Origin: a virus
Taxonomy: Duplodnaviria > Caudoviricetes
Direction: 5' to 3' (one strand)
DNA length: 64,000 bases
Virus record (IMG/VR): IMGVR_UViG_3300031992_000021
Location: 32,001 to 96,000 of that record
Each line of letters starts with the position of its first letter. Positions within the stretch are counted from its first letter, which is position 1. The position numbers and the translations under genes were made by a program. The notes below the pieces were generated by a model. It was not told where the DNA came from. It worked only from the letters and a program-made list of their open reading frames with translations, and searched no databases. Of the stretch, positions 61,340-64,000 are shown in pieces.

Positions 61340-62932
61340 TCACTTGGCCTGATTCTGACGCTCAACGACGTACTTGGCGAGAACCGACGGATCGACGCCC
61401 AGCTCTTCGGCTTTCTTCTTGAAGCCTGCGATGTACGCCTCGTCGCCAGTCGCAGAAGCGGCCTTTTCAGCCTCCTTCGCCTTGAGGATGGAAGCAACCT
61501 TTGCGAGTATCTTCGCACCGGGCTTGCCGGACTCAGACTCGGCCTTGGCGGCAGCAGCCTTCTCCTGACGCTTTGCGTTGATTGCGGCGGCGACCTTGGC
61601 AAGCGTATTGGCGCGAACCTGTGCGGCGGCAGCCTTCATCGCGGACTCCGCGTCAGCTGCTCCCTGGGCCTCATCCTTGGCGGCCTGGACGGCTGCCTCG
61701 GCATCAGCGGCTCCCTGAGCCTCTGCGGAAGCGCCTTCACCAGAACCGGCAGCGGCGCCATCACCGGCACCACCCTCGATCGCGGCGGCGATCTCCTGAG
61801 CCTGCTCCTGCGTGATCTCTCCGTTTTCGATTCCCTGCGCAATGATGGCGGCAGCGTCATCCTCGGAAGGAGCGCCGGCTTCTTCGCCTGTGATTTCCTC
61901 GACGAGCGCCTTTGCGGTGTCGACGTCAATATCGCCAGAACTGACGAGGTCGACGAGGGCCGTGGCAAGCTCCTCTTCGGTCACATCCTCAGGGATTGCC
62001 GCTTCCCCAGCGCCTTCGGCCGCAGCGGCACCTTCTCCGGCGCCTGCGTCAGCACCGGCATTGGCACCAGCATCGGCACCAGCTGCCGCGCCGGCATCTG
62101 CGCCAGCTGCAGCACCGGCATCGGCACCCTCTGCGGCGGCGGCTTCGGCCGGAATGCCGGCATCAGCCATTGCGTTTTCTGCCGCAAGAGCAGCAGCGGC
62201 AGGATCGAGACCCTGCTCCTGAGCAGCCTTGATGCAGGCGGCCTTGATGATGTTGCGGGCCGCGGCGAACTTCTTCGCCTCCTCGGCCTTCTTCTCGGAA
62301 GCCTGCTTCATGACCTTTTCGGCGGCTTCACGGCCAAGCATGAACGTGGCCTGAGCTGCCGCAATCTTTGAAATCGTCTCGTCGTCGAGCTTGATGGCCT
62401 TCGCGCCCTCGACGCCAGCCTGCTTCTGAGCCTCGTCAGGCTTTGCGGCCTCTGCCGGCTTGGCTGCCTGAGCTGCCTGGGCAGCGGCCTGCTTCTGCTC
62501 CGCAGGCTTTGCCGCTTCCGCAGGCTTTGCCGGCTTGGCTGCCGCCTGCTTCTGCGAACCAATGTCGGCGAGAAGGTCCTTGACCAGGCTCGTGAGATGA
62601 TCGTTGGCAACCTTGGCCGTAAGGGCGTCATCGGTCACGAGAGGTTTCTTCTCCGGATTGGCGAGCGCCTGATCCATCTCAAGCTTACCCTCGTTGAGGG
62701 GCTTTGCATCGCCACCTGCGACGGCTCCGGATGTGGACGTGGCTCCAGCGGGCTGACCCTGGGTCACTTCCTCGTTCGGCTTCTTGGCTTCTTCCGGGAC
62801 CTTGGCGTCATGCTCGGAACCGGGAAGCGAATCAACACCGACAAGCGCCGCAGGATTGGCCGCGAGCGTTTCGTTCGCGATCTTCTCCATCGCCTTGAAC
62901 CTGTCGATGAACTGTTTCATCACAACTCCCAT
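61340..62932 (-). CDS. Prohead scaffold/core protein
   Basis: Extremely Ala/Glu/Gly-rich, more than 12 K-x-A motifs, AGADAGAA repeats. First gene of the capsid operon. Confidence 0.65.
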   Translation of the reverse strand: MGVVMKQFIDRFKAMEKIANETLAANPAALVGVDSLPGSEHDAKVPEEAKKPNEEVTQGQPAGATSTSGAVAGGDAKPLNEGKLEMDQALANPEKKPLVTDDALTAKVANDHLTSLVKDLLADIGSQKQAAAKPAKPAEAAKPAEQKQAAAQAAQAAKPAEAAKPDEAQKQAGVEGAKAIKLDDETISKIAAAQATFMLGREAAEKVMKQASEKKAEEAKKFAAARNIIKAACIKAAQEQGLDPAAAALAAENAMADAGIPAEAAAAEGADAGAAAGADAGAAAGADAGANAGADAGAGEGAAAAEGAGEAAIPEDVTEEELATALVDLVSSGDIDVDTAKALVEEITGEEAGAPSEDDAAAIIAQGIENGEITQEQAQEIAAAIEGGAGDGAAAGSGEGASAEAQGAADAEAAVQAAKDEAQGAADAESAMKAAAAQVRANTLAKVAAAINAKRQEKAAAAKAESESGKPGAKILAKVASILKAKEAEKAASATGDEAYIAGFKKKAEELGVDPSVLAKYVVERQNQAK

Positions 62933-63038
62933 TTTGACTCCTTTGTTTGTTAGTCGATTTTTCCGTTTTTCTTGCCTGCGCCTTCGGTCGCCGGCTTGTA
63001 CATCGCGTACTTTTCGGCTAACTTGGCTGACACAGGTA

Positions 63039-63067
63039 ATAATACAATATTCTTCATTTCATGTCAA
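63039..63067 (-). promoter_or_regulatory. Near-consensus sigma70 promoter TTGACA-N17-TATTAT (capsid operon)
   Basis: Perfect -35, 17-nt spacer, 5/6 -10, about 100 nt upstream of 62932. Confidence 0.8.
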
Positions 63068-63074
63068 AGCCCCG

Positions 63075-63614
63075 TCAGTGCAGCTGAGCTTTGATCTGCT
63101 CAAGGCTCTTCGTGTGCTCGTTCGCCTTGTTGCGGTTCGAGCTGGCCATTCCATGAAGCGCGGCAGAAAGCCCAAGGCTTCCAAGTCCGAGAATCCCGCC
63201 CTTCAACGCAAGTCTTTTTCCCTGGAGCTTAGGGGCGACTTTGGGACGAGGAACGATCGCAGAGAAACGAGGTTCGGTAGCGGTCAAGGCACCAGTAGGC
63301 TCCATCTTCACAAGACTACGAGTTGGAAGTCCTGCGTACGGCTTTCCCGGAGCGTAGACATGTTTCACGCCGGCAGGAGCGATTGACGGCCCCTTGTCGA
63401 GCATCTGCTTGACGCCTTTCAGCGTCATGGCGCCGCCTGCTGCTCCTCCTCCGACACCGACCATCTTGCCCCAGCCGGACAGGCTGTCGGCAGATTCGGC
63501 ACGGCTCTTGGCGTAGTCGCCATGAGCCTTGGCCTGTCCTTCTAGGAAGGCCTTCTGCTCCTCGCTGGACTGGGCAATCTTTTCGAGCGCCCTGATCCTG
63601 TCTTCGTTTGTCAT
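63075..63614 (-). CDS. Glycine-zipper protein with an N-terminal K-x-A motif
   Basis: LEKIA. Two Gly-rich hydrophobic segments. Confidence 0.7.
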   Translation of the reverse strand: MTNEDRIRALEKIAQSSEEQKAFLEGQAKAHGDYAKSRAESADSLSGWGKMVGVGGGAAGGAMTLKGVKQMLDKGPSIAPAGVKHVYAPGKPYAGLPTRSLVKMEPTGALTATEPRFSAIVPRPKVAPKLQGKRLALKGGILGLGSLGLSAALHGMASSNRNKANEHTKSLEQIKAQLH

Positions 63615-63616
63615 TC

Positions 63617-64000
63617 TTACCTCAACTTTCCTTTTATTCCGTTGAAATAGTTCACCCAGTTCTCGGTGGCCTTTGCCTTTTCTCCGACCTGGGCCGCCTC
63701 GGCGCTTGTGGCATGATGCTTGTCATACATCTTCTTGCCTCCGTACATAAGTCCTGCGCCAACAAGTCCTGCAATCCCGGCCTTGCCGGCTATCCTCATC
63801 CTGCCAACCCCGGCAGGAGGCCGCGCAAGACCGACCAGGCCCTTCGCGGCATATCCACCACCGGCCGCGCCAAGGCCCATGCCTGCGATGCCGATTGTCT
63901 TCTGCTGGTTTGCCTTGTCCTGCAAGGCCTTCTGCTGGCCACGCAAAGCCTGGCTATGAGCGGCAACCACGTCCGACGCCTCGTCGTTCGTGATTCGCTC
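63617..64000 (-). CDS. Glycine-zipper protein (partial; frame is open to the window end)
   Basis: IGIAGMGLGAAGGG and AGIAGLVGAGLMYGG. Architecture similar to 63075..63614. Confidence 0.65.
   Translation of the reverse strand, partial: ERITNDEASDVVAAHSQALRGQQKALQDKANQQKTIGIAGMGLGAAGGGYAAKGLVGLARPPAGVGRMRIAGKAGIAGLVGAGLMYGGKKMYDKHHATSAEAAQVGEKAKATENWVNYFNGIKGKLR

Noticed and set aside
29902-61602. Longest-ORF starts from the ORF track (e.g. 31803, 42800, 53676, 58860, 61602; also 21339, 9480, 4460)
   Set aside because: The extensions overlap upstream genes and read as non-coding-frame sequence. Downstream starts have an SD or stop-start overlaps.
62040-62140. Short tandem DNA repeats in the scaffold gene (and at about 19370-19530)
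   Set aside because: They are explained by low-complexity protein repeats (AGADAGAA; GDPAAGGAP) with synonymous variation.
62933-63035. Possible structured RNA in the ~100-nt capsid operon leader
   Set aside because: No convincing long stem or recognisable riboswitch motif by eye; covariance analysis would be needed.
1-64000. Stop-codon reassignment, tRNA genes, CRISPR arrays, IS elements, integrase
   Set aside because: Genes tile densely under the standard code with all three stop codons in use. Intergenic gaps are short and I saw no such elements by eye; tRNAscan and Infernal were not run.

Overview
The window is one continuous virion-morphogenesis region of a large (jumbo-type) contractile-tailed phage, almost entirely encoded on the minus strand. 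Reading right to left it contains: glycine-zipper head-cargo proteins, a scaffold-like protein, capsid decoration and major capsid proteins, neck proteins, tail sheath and tube, a gp5/VgrG-like spike, and tail assembly chaperones joined by a clear programmed -1 frameshift. These are followed by tape measure, hub, a sigma-70-family factor inside the baseplate operon, gp25/J-like wedge proteins, five Cys-rich paralogues and a Cys-repeat fibre. Further left are a GT-A/Stealth glycosyltransferase fusion, a subtilisin, the C-terminal half of a bacterial-type RNA polymerase beta' subunit, the portal, and a fibre cluster in which most proteins carry export signals. No terminase, prohead protease, endolysin, integrase, tRNA or CRISPR array was recognised. 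The style of the exported proteins suggests a PVC (Kiritimatiellota/Verrucomicrobiota-like) host, which is inference only. Best candidates for undescribed biology: (1) tail-fibre-type proteins with Sec signal peptides and strong Thr-Asn enrichment; (2) a ~33-aa C-terminal module shared by unrelated fibre/baseplate proteins up to 30 kb apart; (3) a GT/Stealth enzyme together with poly-Ser tracts on capsid and tail proteins, suggesting virion (phospho)glycosylation; (4) K-x-A-tagged head cargo including membrane glycine-zipper proteins. All product calls come from motif recognition and synteny, not from database searches.
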